Assembly (NCBI GenBank): GCA_951406725.2
Contig: OX597814.1
Location: 169,012,001-169,076,000 of the forward strand
Source: Octopus vulgaris
Lineage: Eukaryota
Direction of reading: 5' to 3'
DNA length: 64,000 bases
A model generated the notes under the pieces. It made no database searches. It was not told the origin of the DNA and saw nothing but the letters and a program-made list of their open reading frames with translations. The position numbers and the translations under genes are program-made. Below are positions 1 to 13,937 of this stretch, piece after piece. Numbering within the stretch: position 1 is the stretch's first letter; the number at the start of each line of letters is the position of its first letter.

Positions 1-270
1 AAAAAAAATGTAGTTAGATAACAGCAGATAAGCGTGAGTGAACGAAAGAGGAAAAAGTGAGAGAAGTCACTGCGAGTGCTAAGTGGTCAAATGTAATCCA
101 ATACAACTTAAGTCGTCCGTTTATCGGTGGTTAAACCTGCGCTCACACTTGGGTTACCTGGTGTGTGTGTGGGGGTAAAAAATTCTAACAGATCTAACAG
201 GGTTCCAGCCTGCTCGTGAAATTAACGTGCAAATGGCTGAGCACTCAACGACTATATACAACAATAGCGA

Positions 271-480
271 AGGCGGCGAGCTGGCAGAAACGTTAGCACG
301 CCGGGCGAAATGCGTAGCCGTATTTCGTCTGCCGTTACGTTCTGAGTTCAAATTCCGCCGAGGTCGACTTTGCCTTTCATCCTTTCGGGGTCGATAAATA
401 AAGTACCAGTTACGCACTGGGGTCGATGTAATCCCTTTGTCTGTCCTCTGTGTTTAGCCCCTTGTGGGTAGTAAAGAAAT
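271..480 (+). mobile_element. tRNA-derived SINE, family B, monomer
   Basis: AGGCGGCGAGCTGGCAGAAACGTTAG head, B-box GAGTTCAAATTCC, central GCCTTTCATCCTTTCGGGGTCGATAAA domain, AAAGAAAT tail; flanking direct repeat TATATACAACAATA. Confidence 0.9.
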
Positions 481-539
481 ATATATACAACAATACTGTG
501 CGGGTACACGATATCGTGAAAGAGCGCGTTGTTAAGCCG

Positions 540-990
540 TCTTAGGCAGAACACCTTATACCTTCCTGCATCATCCTGCTAATTTGTTGGTGAGTCCAGG
601 AAGACAAAAACCTGGGGAGTACATCCTGAGAGGCAAACAAACTGTGGCGGCCAGATTTCAGGCAAGTTTCTGACGACAGAGTGAATTCCCGGTAGCTAGA
701 AGGAGTCACTTTTGTCATTGGATTTCTCTCCTTCGGAGCAACGATTATCAATACTGAAAAATGCACATCCTAAACTCTACAATAGATTAATTTTGCAGGT
801 ATCTTCTTTTGTAATATGGATCGTCGGTCTTGGATTTCAGGGAAAAGAGATTGTTGTTACGACGGTCAGCGACGATGGAATGAAACTGCCACATCTTCGC
901 TCGTTTGGGCACACGATAGGTGTAGCCTAGGAGGGAACAATCGCGAACTTCCTCTGGTCACTCGCACGCCTGCATCCTGTTATTGTTGCA
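540..990 (-). mobile_element. Possible ancient RTE-like LINE ORF fragment
   Basis: GC-richer segment; minus-strand peptide LKSGRHSLFASQDVLPRFLSSW loosely resembles the RTE C-terminal RL..AGH..R...L.W motif; heavily decayed. Confidence 0.25.
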
Positions 991-1140
991 CTTTAAGAAG
1001 TACGAAATCATGGAAAGAAGATGGATTGCGAAGTAGAGTCAGCAAAGGATCCAGAAATGAAGGAAAGAGATAAACTATCATGGAATCAAATCAACACATA
1101 CACACACGGAGAGAAATGCAACAATTCTAATTCATATGTT

Positions 1141-1535
1141 TTTTTTTTTTTTTACTTGTTTCAGTCATTTTGACTGCGGCCATGCTGGAGCACCGCCTTT
1201 AATCGAGCAACTCGACCCCGGGACCTATTCTTTGTAAGCCCAGTACTTATTCTATCGGTCTCTTTTGCCGAACCGCTAAGTGACGGGGACATAAACACAC
1301 CAGCATCGGTTGTCAAGCAATGCTAGGGGGACAAACACAGACACACGCACATACATATATATACTTATACACGACGGGCTTCTTTCAGTTTCCGTCTACC
1401 AAATTCACTCACAAGGCTTTGGTCGGCCCGGGGCTATAGTAGAAGACACTTGCCCAAGGTGTCATGCAGTGGGACTGAACCCGGAACCGTGTGGTTGGTA
1501 AGCAAGCTACTTACCACACAGCGACTCCTGCGCCT
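1141..1535 (-). mobile_element. tRNA-derived SINE, family A, full length
   Basis: Reverse complement of AGGCGCAGGAGT..GGTTCAGTCCC head, CORE-like TTGGGCAAGT block, internal (TA)/(TG) microsatellite, GACTGAAACAAGTAAAA tail; near-identical copies across the window. Confidence 0.92.
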
Positions 1536-1933
1536 ATGTTGATTATAAGATGCATATATATACATTACTAGATAGATAGGTACACAATTACAAACAAAAG
1601 CAAACAGAGAGAGAGAGAAACGGACATAGACAGGCAAGATGGCTGCAACAGATATCTCGTACAAAATAATTGTTATAAGAAATTAGACACAACAAATGGC
1701 AAAATCGTAAACGACGAAAGAAATGGGGAAAAAACACCTCAAAAACAAAGAATTCAAGTTTGTCCATTATCTTTTTCGATGCCAAAATACATTTATCTAC
1801 TTTCCCTTGCTACAACGCTGACTGAACGAACAGGAGAAAACAGGTGCAGGTGGATATATTTGTAAACGTAGAAGGCTAGCAATTTTCCAAGACGAGGATA
1901 CTCAATTAAACCCTGCTAGGAGAATGAAAAGCG

Positions 1934-2001
1934 ATGACAATCCCGACGACATTGAAAGTCAAAGGACATGACAATCCCGACGACATTGAAAGTCAAAGGA
2001 C
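1934..2001. repeat. Perfect 34-bp tandem duplication
   Basis: ATGACAATCCCGACGACATTGAAAGTCAAAGGAC x2. Confidence 0.9.
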
Positions 2002-3090
2002 AATAGATAGCAAATTTTGATTCCGGCACTTTTATGTATTGTATTTACTCGTGTGAAATGTGAGAAATTTAATACAAAGGCATCAAGATGCAAGATTAGT
2101 GGGTAGCATCATACTTGAGAGCAAAACATTAAAAAAAAAAGAGTAAGTACATTGATATTTAGATATATTCGAGATCACATTTGCGTCTTAGTATTGAAGT
2201 TTTGAAGAGCTGGCTTAGTCAAACCCATCGACCTCAATACAGAGACTTTGTTTTGTCGACACTGAAAAGATGAAAAGCAAATCTGACCCCGGCGACATTT
2301 GATTTCATAGCGTGAAAAGCCGGAACAAATACTGCAAAACATGTGTTTCTGACACAGGCACAAGGCCTGATATTTGGGAGGATGTCGTCCATTAAATCGA
2401 CCGCAGCGCTTGACTGGTTCTTTATTTTATCGAATCTTGTTGGTTGAAAGGTGAAATCGATCACAGCAAGACTTGAAATCAGAAGATCACCACAAGGAAA
2501 TTAAACTGTCCTACGTTCTTTTCTTTCTTCACTTGTGCGAAAATATACATATGCAACAGATATACAGATAAATAAACACGATAGATAGATAGATAAGTAT
2601 GCAGATAGAGCATACAGAGAAATATGATAGGACAGTGGGGTGTGAAGGGAGAAAGACAGAGATGATATAATTGATAAGGACCAACAACAGCAAAAGAAAA
2701 GCTAGCCATTCTTTATCTTGCTATTGGCATACGGCCGAGACATTTGTCTTCAACGACCTAGTCTACCCGGTTAAAGCATAGACAACATAACTAATGGTTG
2801 TAAATATTGTAAACTTGTTATTTAACTCTTTTCTTGATCGAACAGATATGATGAGAAGCATTTCGGCAGTCAGGAATACATCATTAAGTGTCGTTTCCTT
2901 GTTGAAGACATGTGGTTTAACGAAGACATCGCTGCTATTACTTGTATTTCAAGAAACTTGTGTCTGTCTATGTAAATACGTTCTTTGTTAGAACACATAC
3001 GCATACATACACAAGTGCGTATCAGCATCTATATGTTAACTTGGCGTTTTGTAATTTTATATATAGATGTATAAATCGTAACTTGTTACG

Positions 3091-3236
3091 ATCTCTACAG
3101 ATTTTCTTTAGAAATTATGGTCGGCACTGATTTTGTGACGACGCTAACACAAGTAGAACACAGTGCGTCTCGGATACGAAAAACCGTAACAAAATCAGTG
3201 CTGGCTATAATTTTTAGATAGAAAATCTGTAGAGAT
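3091..3236. mobile_element. Small hairpin/MITE-like element with ~45-bp imperfect inverted repeats
   Basis: ATCTCTACAGATTTTC..AAATTAT..GCACTGATTTTGT mirrored by ACAAAATCAGTGC..ATAATTT..GAAAATCTGTAGAGAT. Confidence 0.7.
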
Positions 3237-3376
3237 AACCTCCAACAAGAGACGTAATAGCACTGCTAACACAGCAGAACATTTTTTACTTATAAAAAAA
3301 CGTTTATTATACTTTGTGGTAATATTATGGTTGCATAACGAAATACAGCGTCCATACAGGTCATTAATAATCGTAT

Positions 3377-3785
3377 TCTTTTTACTCTTTTAATTGTTTC
3401 AGTCAATTTGACTGAGGCCATGCTGGAGCACCGCATTTAGTCGAACAAATCGACCCCAGGATTTATATTTTGTAAGCCTAGTACTTACTCTATCGATCTC
3501 CTTTGCTGAATCGTTAATTGACGGGGACATAAACTCACCAACATCAAGTGATGGTGGGTTGACAAACACAGACACACAAACATATATATATACATACACA
3601 CACACATATATATATATACATATATATATACGACGGGCTTCTCTCAGTTTCCGTCTACCAAACCCACTCACAAGACTCAGGTTGGCCCGAGGCTATAGTA
3701 GAAGACACGCCCAAGGTGCCACACAGTAGGACTGAACCTGAACCATGTGATTGGTAAGCAAACTACTTACCACACAGCCACTCCT
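3377..3785 (-). mobile_element. SINE family A
   Basis: Collinear with the other family A copies, moderately diverged. Confidence 0.9.
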
Positions 3786-4079
3786 ATATGCATTTTTAAA
3801 AATAGAAAATAGTCAAATGGTGTGTACTCATAACTTTGACATATCCTCCAAACTGAGATCAATAACGCTGACTGCGTGAGGTATGCTAGTGCAGTCTGGA
3901 TGGCAAAATATAGCAAGAGTGATAAGGTGGGTGAGTGGGTCTATTCAGAGTGAGTTCAATCCACTAGTTCTAAAGAGCAGAGGCTAATTTAGCAGGAGGT
4001 AGAGAGGAGAAACAATTACATATCTAATAAATGTATACAGTGTTTTTACGCGAATGAGTGTGTGTATAATATATATATA

Positions 4080-4420
4080 TTACCTTTCACCTGTTTCAGT
4101 CTTTAGACTGTGGCCATGCAGAAGCATTGCACTGAAGAATTTTAGTCAAACGAATTGGCACTAGTACTTATTTTCTTTTTAAGCATGGTACTTATTTTAT
4201 CAGAATCTCTTGCCGAATCGCTAAGTTACACACCAGCACTAGTTGTCAAGCGGTGGTGGTGGTGGACAAATATACACAAACACACACACACAACAGGCTT
4301 CTTTCAGTTTCTCTCTACCAAATCCACTCACAAGGCTTTAGTAGACATTTGCCCAAGACATTTAGTAGAAGAAATTTGCCCACAGTGGAACTGAACCAGG
4401 AATCATGTGATTGGGAAGCA
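4080..4420 (-). mobile_element. SINE family A, degenerate
   Basis: Diverged, internally deleted match to family A. Confidence 0.8.
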
Positions 4421-4725
4421 GTGCTCTGCAAGAAAGTTGTTTGATATCTGTAGTGATTGAATGTTTTGAAGTTTTGAAAGAGACAAGATTGTCATGGTCT
4501 CATTAAAAGATTCTCTCAAGACAGAAGTACAGTCCGGCATAAAGTATTTAGGTCATAGGTAAATTACATCTTTGACCATTAATGTACAGAATGGATTGTC
4601 TGGAACATATTTCAAAATATTGGAGTCCAACTGCAAACAGAATTGGGTCAAGAAGACTGTCAGCATTTTTTATAATATGATCTGGCAGATCTTTCAATCC
4701 CACCCCCCAAAAAATATGAAAAAAA

Positions 4726-4906
4726 AAACACAGACACACACACACATATATATATGACAGGCTTCTTTCAGTTTTCATCTACCAAATTCACTCACAAGGC
4801 TTTGATCAGTCCAAGCTATAGTAGAAAACACTTTCCCAAGGTGCCACGCAGTGGGACTGAATCCAGAACTATGGGGTTGGTAAGCAAGCTACTTACCACA
4901 GAACCA
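4726..4906 (-). mobile_element. SINE family A, 5' half
   Basis: Head, CORE-like block and internal microsatellite only. Confidence 0.85.
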
Positions 4907-5597
4907 TAGTTTTTAAAAAAAATATTAACAGGGTTTGTGAGTTATTTTATAATTAGGGTTCAACAAAAAATTGCTGAACCCTAATTATAATATATATAAG
5001 CATCTTATTTCTTTATTTCTAGTATGAATGCCATATGTTCGATCAATCACTCTTAACTAATTACATCAGGAACTACAATCTTCAACTTAGAATGGTACAT
5101 TCATTCACTCATTCATTATCATTTTACAAGCAATCAGTCACTCCATTTCATTTCCTACAGATACACAAAGTCGTAAAATCTTGATAACATTTCACTTTTG
5201 AATTGCATCTTGACAGAGTCATATTTTAAATGTGCCATACACCCACACTATTGCAATGTTCATTCTCACCAATCATTAAAAAAGTTATCAAAAATGTTTG
5301 TCATGATACACTTTACAAGGAAGTCAGATTCCATTCAACCAAACAAGCTCCCTCCTTTAAACTGTTTTAATTAACTCTTTATCATTTAAACTATTGAAAC
5401 TGGCCAGATCCAACCTCTCTCACCTCCTCTACAATGTAATTCTGAATATAAACAATTAAATCCTCAAAATTTTGAAGCTACAAGATAATTACATGATTAA
5501 TTTTTTATAAATGTAGATAAATAAGTATTGCATGTGATAAATTAATGTGAATGTCAAAGCATTAGATGTTTTAAAAAAAGATTGAAAAATAGTTGAG

Positions 5598-5985
5598 AGC
5601 AGGAGTGGCTGTGTGTTAAATAGCTTGCTTACCAACCACATGGTTCTGGGTTCAGTCCTACTGCGTGGCATCTTGGGCAAGTGTCTTCTGCTATAGCCCC
5701 GGGCCGACCAATGCCTTGTGAGTGGATTTGGTAGACGGAAACTGAAAGAAGCCTGTCGTATATATGTATATATATATGTGTGTGTGTGTTTGTCCCCCTA
5801 GCATTGCTTGACAACCGATGCTGGTGTGTTTACGTCCCCATCACTTAGCGGTTCGGCAAAAGAGACCGATAAAATAAGTACTGGGCTTACAAAGAATAAG
5901 TCCCGGGGTCGATTTGTTCGACTAAAGGCGGTGCTCCAGCATGGCCGCAGTCAAATGACTGAAACAAGTAAAAGAGTAAAAGAGA
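5598..5985 (+). mobile_element. SINE family A, full length
   Basis: GCAGGAGTGGCTGTGTG...GACTGAAACAAGTAAAAGAGTAAAAGAG. Confidence 0.92.
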
Positions 5986-7264
5986 AAGAGAGAGAGCAGT
6001 TTGTGGCTGCTGCTGTTGATGTTACTGCCCAGGTCAGTTCTGGTTTGATTTAACTTATGATTAAAGCTGTCTTGTAAAAAATGATTGGTCTACAACATCA
6101 GATCAATTCAATAATACAGGATCACTTCTTTCATTGATTTCAGACAAGTGAAAGGAAAATATGCTCCTCACACCCAAACGGTACAGAGTGTCTAAACATA
6201 AGACACAAGACCACATATTTTAGGTAGAGTGCTATATTTGATTAGATCAACTCCCAAAGGGATGAAAAGTGAAGATGACTCTCTACTGGAATTTCAACAC
6301 TGAACATAATAGACGGCATAATCATTAAAGTGCTGGATAAAATGCCTTGTGGCTTTTAGTTACGTTTGTTTATGTTCTGCATTCAAATCCCTTCCAATGA
6401 GACTCTGCTCTCTTTTATTCCAGGATCAGGAAAATAAGTACCAATAGTAATAATATGCTGAAAGATTTATTCAGTCAATTTGTTGTTGTTTTTAGTCAGA
6501 CATGTCTGTCTTCAGATTGTATCTTTGACAGCCCAGAGTCAAGTGAACTGCAAGGCTGGAGATCTGAAGTGAGAATGTTGCCAGACACTCTGTCTTGTAT
6601 AAGTTGGGCAATGGGGTTGATAGAACTTTTACATCAGCTTTCTATAGAGAACTACTGGTGGTGAAGCATGACAATGTTCTCAAAGAAACAGGCTGTTGAT
6701 GAGAAGCTTCTAGCTGGTATGTTTTAGAGAGAGCTTTTGTCAGGGGACTATAATTAACCACCAGAAATTCTGAACTGATCTAACAGTGGAACAGGGACAT
6801 GAAATACCATCAGCCAGGTCTGCACTCACTTTGCTACCAAGCATTGCTGGTCTCAGTAGTTTTATTAGACAGCTACTGTCACATCAGGACAGACCCAGCT
6901 ACTTGGCTATGAACAGAATAAAGACTGCTCATTGCTTTCGTTTAGCTTTGAAAAGTAGGCAGTTTTCCAATGTCTAGTAATTATGAAGAAAAATATTGAA
7001 TGGAGGATATAGAATGTGGGTTCCCCTTGAAGAAAAACAGAGGGTAGAGAGCGAAGTGCACCTAGCAGTAAATTTGTTGAAAGGCAAATGACACTACTCT
7101 CAACATGTGCCAATAAAATACACCTTGAAGGAGGCATTTGTTTTTCATAGTCAGAGTAAGCAGATTTGTGGGGTTCCTTGGTTGGCCTCAAATACTAGTT
7201 AACTTGGAACTCCATCATGTATATATATATTTATTCATACACACACACACACCTATCTATCTAT

Positions 7265-7480
7265 CTAAATGTGACCGCATGTGTACCGTTGGCGATTTTT
7301 TCCCTCTGTCTTCCCTTCTCTGGATCTTTCCTTTTCCTATGTTTCTGACGAAGAGCTCCGCTCGAAACGTAAAACCCTCCTTCTTCCCTTCTTTCCCGAG
7401 CGTCCAATAATAGTATATTTGTTCCACGTCCTCTCGTTGTTGTGTTTTCTCTTGGTGTTTTCATGTTTGGATTAACTATA
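7265..7480 (+). mobile_element. Short microsatellite-flanked element, Penelope-like/retrozyme-like remnant
   Basis: ~215-bp pyrimidine-rich unit between simple repeats, ending in (TA)n and carrying a hammerhead motif; similar layout at 38290-38540. Confidence 0.55.
7341..7375 (+). ncRNA. Minimal type I hammerhead ribozyme motif
   Basis: GTTT-CTGACGA-A-GAGC-TCC-GCTC-GAAAC-GTA-AAAC: stem I GUUU/AAAC, CUGANGA box, stem II GAGC/GCUC, GAAA box, GUA triplet. Confidence 0.7.
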
Positions 7481-7481
7481 C

Positions 7482-7512
<31 letters not shown>

Positions 7513-8521
7513 TACATTTGTAAACATAAGTTTACTGAGTATACCATCACTTTTCATTCCTTCATTCAATTTCTTTGTCGTTCCAAACATTTTTTGCATC
7601 CAGTCTCTATAATGTCCACTCATCAAACGCTTACTGTAGCAATAAGAAAAAACATTTAACAATATTAATTAAAATGCAATTATTACTATAATTATTAAAC
7701 ATCCTTATTAATCATTACCATCGCACATTTACACATTTCCAATACTTGCTAATTATCTGTAGGAAAATCCGATTCTCTAAAATGAATTAGTTAAAAGACA
7801 CAATAAAAAAAGACATTTAAAAACAAATCATTGTATTGTTAGTTACATCTTATTTAGTTGTGGTGGTAGTGATAATGAATTTAGTTGTTTTAAAGCACAA
7901 GGAGACGGTATGGAATTGGCCTTAATGATTTAGACCCACGTTCAACGGTTTTTCTGTTGAGATTATCCTGTCCTTACTTCAGACATAATTTTTCAAGGCC
8001 TACACCAGCTAATGCGTCCTTTCTCTTTTGGAATATGAATGATTAGAGAAGAAACATGGCCGCCATCTGCAGATAGCTCAGTGACCAATTAGAGACTGGC
8101 TCGAATAGCGATCGTTGTTCAGTCTTGATTGTTAAAGGCATGCTGTCTTTATGCTTTTTTCTCATCCATAATTTATGTAACCAGGACTACATTGAACAAT
8201 AAATTCTTTTTATTTTGTTTTGATAGATATGTTTGCTATTTTTAGCAAGTTCAACGACTATGTAAAGGTTCCGTGGTTGGTACGATGAATATTGAGAGTA
8301 TGGTGCCGTTGTTTTTGACAGTGACAAATGTGTTAATAAAGACCAGTAATAGTATGTATGAAAAGGAACAGTGCTGTTGAGACAATTATCTGTTTTGTGT
8401 GTGTGTTACTATTTTCTACTTAATAATTCGATGGCCTTCAGTCTGAGTTTGCACATAAACACCGGTCTGTATTTAGATATATAAATATTGTATGATAAAT
8501 ACACTGTGTGTGTGTGTATAC

Positions 8522-8552
<31 letters not shown>

Positions 8553-10238
8553 TAGTGTATTTACCATATAATATATATCGCAAGAATTATATGGTATAGA
8601 CAGACAATACGCGTGTGTGTGGATACCAAAAGTAGAATACAAAATCCCGTCACAAATACACTACACAGTCGCCTATGTACACACGCACGCGCTGTATACT
8701 TGTATAAATATATACTGGGCTGCATGTTTTGTTTGCGAAGAAATAAAACACGTGTGAGAGATCAGAAGTGGTGAAAATGTGGTGGTAACGGTGGATATTG
8801 AAAAACACAGGAAGTATCTAGTGATAAACGGCAGTTAAAAGCGGGGAGGGATTTTAAAAGAAAGAGTGAGAGAAGTGGACACGGCAAGAGATGGAGGAAT
8901 AGCTAGTTAAATATATAAAAGCAGTAGAGGTGGACTAGTAGGGAACGAAGGAGACGGTATGGAATTATAGAGATATAGTTGTTGAATGGTGACAGAAGGC
9001 AAGGGGGAACACATGAAAAGGGGAAAATGGTGAGTGAAAGGAAGGAGAGGACATGTGTAATGAGTATGTAGACAGCAGGGAGGGTGGTTTAAAATAAATG
9101 GTTCGAGAGAGAGAAAGGGAACAGATTAAAAAGAATGTTAAGAAGGATAGAGAAAAATGTTACAAAAACAGACTGATAAAAAGAGGTGGACAGACAGATA
9201 GATAGATAGATAGAGGGAGAGAGAGAGCTATGGAAATTTAGAGGTGGACAACGTCAGGTGAATAAAAAAAAAAAGGGAGTAGATAGAGAGAGAAAGAGTT
9301 CGCCGAGAAAAATGTATTATTGATTATTAATAAAGGAAAGATAGAAGAATCACAGAGGAGAAAAGAAAAAAAAAAAAACGAACTAAATAATAATCATGGA
9401 GAATGTGTGTGAATAGAAAAGGGGTGGTGAAAAAAAAAATGAAGAAAAAAAGCTAAATGTGTAGGAAAAATATTATACGAGAAACTAACGACAATAAGTA
9501 AAAGAAGTCCAGTAGGCAATATTTTCGAAGACAAGACTGGAGACAAACGGAAGCTTTGTTACAGAGAATTAGGCTTTCAAGGCCAAAAACAACAATAATA
9601 GCACCATTCTCTCTGTAGACTGTGTATGGAAATTACATTAGACACAGCACAATGCGTATCTTACTTTTTTTTATTTTTCTTCATGTTTTGCCTGTAACAC
9701 ATTTACCCGAGGTTTATTATGATAATTGGAATACTTCAATCAGCTCCTAACGGAAAGGATTCTTTCTAGTTGTTCGTGACCCCTCCCCACAAAGGAATTG
9801 CTATTCTTGCTGTTCAACTGACCTCCGGCTCGCAGCTTCGCGCGGGTTTTAAAGCCAATGAAGAAGGCTCTGGTGGGAATGTCAGCAATTTAGTAGCCGA
9901 TCAAGATTGATGATTATTGTTCTTTATCCAAGGCGGGACTCATGGATCAGACCTATGATGAGACAATATTTTATTTATGCTATCGTATTATTATGCAAGG
10001 ACTACATTATCCAGTGATCTTTCTCTGTAAGTTCGTCAAACAGCCTATGAATAATTCCACTGGTGACGGATATCTACAAACAACAAATTTGACATTCATC
10101 TGGGATTAGACATTACTACCCTATATTATTATTTGCTTTCTCTGGATTTGAACTAAAAGACATTTTGTGAAGGAATAAATCATTCGGAATTCGGTGAAAA
10201 ACCTGGTAATGTGCGTGTATATTTTCAATTATACACCC

Positions 10239-10295
<57 letters not shown>

Positions 10296-13200
10296 TAAAC
10301 CCCTTCCTTTCTCATGAGGAATGGAGATTTCTAATCAGAAGCTCCATCATAATAATATTCAACTGCTATACATTTGATCTGACAATAGCTGTATCCCTTT
10401 TGGAGATAAATAACTCTGAAAGTTACTAACATATCCGAAATACCAATTTAGTACTTTTACTCTATTATTAGCGATTATCGTTATAAGACATTTTACGCAC
10501 TTATATCAAAAGATCATCCATTATATAATGACTTTAATATATATTTTTAAAGTTGTGATTCAAAGATAATCTGTTTACTATTTCTGGTAGATTGAACGAC
10601 TGCACGGAAAATCCTTAGTTTGCTCTCTACGATGGAATTTACTTAAACAGACTTATACGAAGGTGATCAACTGAGAAAGAATAGTATCGCTCTTCACGAG
10701 TAAAGGATGACGATACCTAAAGGAATAAAAACATGGCAGCATCACATCTGAGTAAAGTCCTGTTACCTATAAATGTAATATTTTTGGAGGGAACAGGAAC
10801 AAGGGACACTAAATGCTTCTTTGTGTAAATTAGTTACGATCGTTTTGGAAACAAGTGGAATTATTATATCAATCAAAATGCTGGATCATACACATATAGT
10901 GCTGAAGTATTGGCTTGGAGTTCTTGAATGTCCAAGATTTGGATAAAAACTATTTAGTGCTTTCGTCCTTTCAGGGATTCATTCAAGATGACTATACAAG
11001 TCGAATCAGCTTCACCCTATTAAGTTTCGAAGTCTCTGTTTCCGAAAATTTGACGAGGTGAGCGTGTCCTACGCGTCCACTGAACTCCAGTCCCCCCCCC
11101 CAATACCAGATGCAGTTTGAAGTATTTTGAGGAGAGTGGAACCACCTCTTAACGACTCTTGTTTCCAGCTCTACTCTGAACAGGAGATACAGTATCTGTT
11201 AGGGCTCCAGCTCACATGTGTATCATTGGGAATGAAAGATTCCTAATTCTCGTTAGAACTTCCTTCTAGAAGATAAACTTGTATAAAAAAACAAAAACAA
11301 AAGAACCTGAAGTGCAGTTGGCTTCTGGTCATCTCTATCCTTTGATGTGCCACTTGGTGATTGCACTGAAAAATGGGTCTAGTGCTGTACAACACTTTAT
11401 TCACTCAAAACAAATCCACGCACAAGAACTTCTGGGACTTTCCGAACGTTTGCACGCAGTGGGACTGAACCCAGAACTACGTGGTCGGGACACAGCCACA
11501 TCGGAGTCTATACATACATACACGCTGCCCTTTACCCCTTGTCACCAAGCAGTTTATTTAGAGGTTAATTATATTTTATAAATGATACTACTCATTAACT
11601 GAATAATTTCTATTATTTTACCTCATACTCGATAAAACCTCAATGCCGTAGCCTGGCTGGCTAGAAACCACGAGCAAATCCAATAATCACACCCTCCAAT
11701 CTGTATAACAATACAAAGGATATCAAAAATTCCAAAACGATTCGACACGTTTCCCATCTTAACACAAAATATACAAGAAAAAATCATTTAACAACAATAA
11801 CAACATTATATCTTAATTGTAACCCCCAAATATCCCGACAACCAAGCTTGGTCGCAGTACGGCGTCTAAGAAAATGAATTCTTCCGCGACCTCAAAACAG
11901 TGACACCAAGTTTTGTGAAAGTGGCTTGTTATAATCGAAGACCGCATATTACACACATAAGTACGATTTACCAGTTGTAGTCAGATGGTATGGTTACGTG
12001 CTATGCAATCGTACATCAAGTAAATCTCCTAAGCTTTATATAAATAGTAGCAAAATTTCTTCAAAATACACCCGACCATCTTAAGAAAGGGGAAGGACCA
12101 AATTCGCCATGATAACGGGGTCATGGCCGGAATATTGTTCTGATCAGACAGAGCGAACCTGGAGCTAAACAAGAGAACCAACCAGATTTTAAATATATTA
12201 ATTAATGTAGTTTCAACTAACCCAGCAAAAACACAAAGTGGACGACACTGTTCGAAAGTTAATGTTATTGTTTTGTTTAAGATTAAAAAAAATCTTATCA
12301 GCTAAATCCTTCCGTTGGATTAAGTTACCTTTAAATGTAAGATATATGAAAGGAACGGGAGCAAGGGTACAAAATGCGTCTGTATGAATATGTGTATTGT
12401 ATACGAGTATGCGCATATAAGTAGGGTCCACGAGTATGCTGTGTATATATGCTGTTCTTCTTCGATAAAGAAACCACGTGTGGGGCGCGGGGAGGAAACG
12501 GCAAAATAAAAATAAAGGTGTCAAAAAAACCCCCCTTTCAGTCAAAAACTTTCGAGCAGATGACTCATTTTGCTCATATTTTTTCAAATACTTCGATCTT
12601 CTGATGTATCAACTGTATTGTTTATATATTGTTGTCAGACGGACAGTTCACAAAGGGGGGTGGGCCTCCATCAAATAGAATTAAAAACTTTTTCTATTGT
12701 TTAGTTCAGTATTGAACCAATATCGTTCGTTATTTTCGTTGTAATCGGTATAACAAAAAAAAAAACAGCAGTCATTCAATTAACAGCTTTTATATCATCA
12801 TTAAGTCATTCACATCTACCATATCTCTTTTGTTTATTTATTTTGTAAAACTAGCGAGGAACATAGTTTCAACTGCATATACATAAACACACACACAAAT
12901 TACATAGAATAAACTCCAGGTTAAATGGCTTTCGGGATTAACAATGAATATAAATACAATAATGTTCTACTTGTTTAGTTTCAGTAAAATACTCAACTAT
13001 GTACCATCAAAAAGCGATGAATTAAATATACTTCGTTAAAATTGAATGATTTAACATGGTTGTCGAGTAAACAACGCATTACAGTGTCTGGGGTGGGTTT
13101 CTTTTTCCTACATTAAAAATAAATTAGTAGTTTATATTTGATCTAACGGACTTTTGGCAGTCCGTTTAATCGAGTACATAAGTGTGTGTGTCGCTTCGAG

Positions 13201-13737
13201 GATGAACTACCCTATCATATTTATCACATATTTTCCAAATTTAAGGGGAGTGAGAGGAGAGAAACGAAAGTCTTAGCAAAAGGGAAAAAAAAAAGAAAAG
13301 AAAACCTTTCATCTAAATTTTCGAGCATATAATGGTGATGATGACAAGCATAAATATGTTATAGTAATCGGACATGCTCCATCAAATGTAAGACTAAAAA
13401 TAAAATAAAATAAAAACATCTTATTGGCAGACAAAACAATGCAAGAGAGCCTCCAGGTGGACGCAGGCCAGGGTTAAATAAGAATAACCACTTAATGACA
13501 CGAAAAAAATAATAAAAACGGACAAAATATACAACGTTCTGAACAACAGGGAAGAGACAGACAGACTTGCGATGCTATTTATTTAGATATTCATTCATAA
13601 TTATCACCTTCTTCTCCCTCTGAACGAGATACAGTACTTAACTCTACTTAGCAAAGGCTCTTCATACCTATTTTTAGTAATTATATAAATTAACACACAC
13701 ACACTCACGCTTACATCTAACTCCATCTTGATAAGTA

Positions 13738-13937
13738 CAGGGTGCGGCCAAAATAACCTCAGATTCATCATTCTTGATAAACATTTTGCAATAGCAAACG
13801 TACGGTGGTGCACCGGTTCAAACCTTGATGGTAAAACAGAAAACGGTAAACCACTAGCAACCATTACCACCTGCCTAGCCTTACTAGCGCCACACCAATG
13901 GCCGTAAAAACAATGGGAGGCTTCTCTGCTGCACCCA
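13738..13937. mobile_element. Putative Tc1/mariner-type MITE, degenerate
   Basis: TA-CAGGGTGCGGCCA at left and TCTGCTGCACCCATA at right form imperfect TIRs. Confidence 0.4.

Noticed and set aside
1310-1501. Recurring ORFs such as MSSNARGTNT..CPRCHAVGLNPEPCGW and MRNWYL..PERMKGKVDLGGI
   Set aside because: Translations of SINE families A and B, not a protein family
7899-8966. Exact 19-bp repeat AAGGAGACGGTATGGAATT about 1 kb apart
   Set aside because: No recognisable element between the copies, so it cannot be called a TSD
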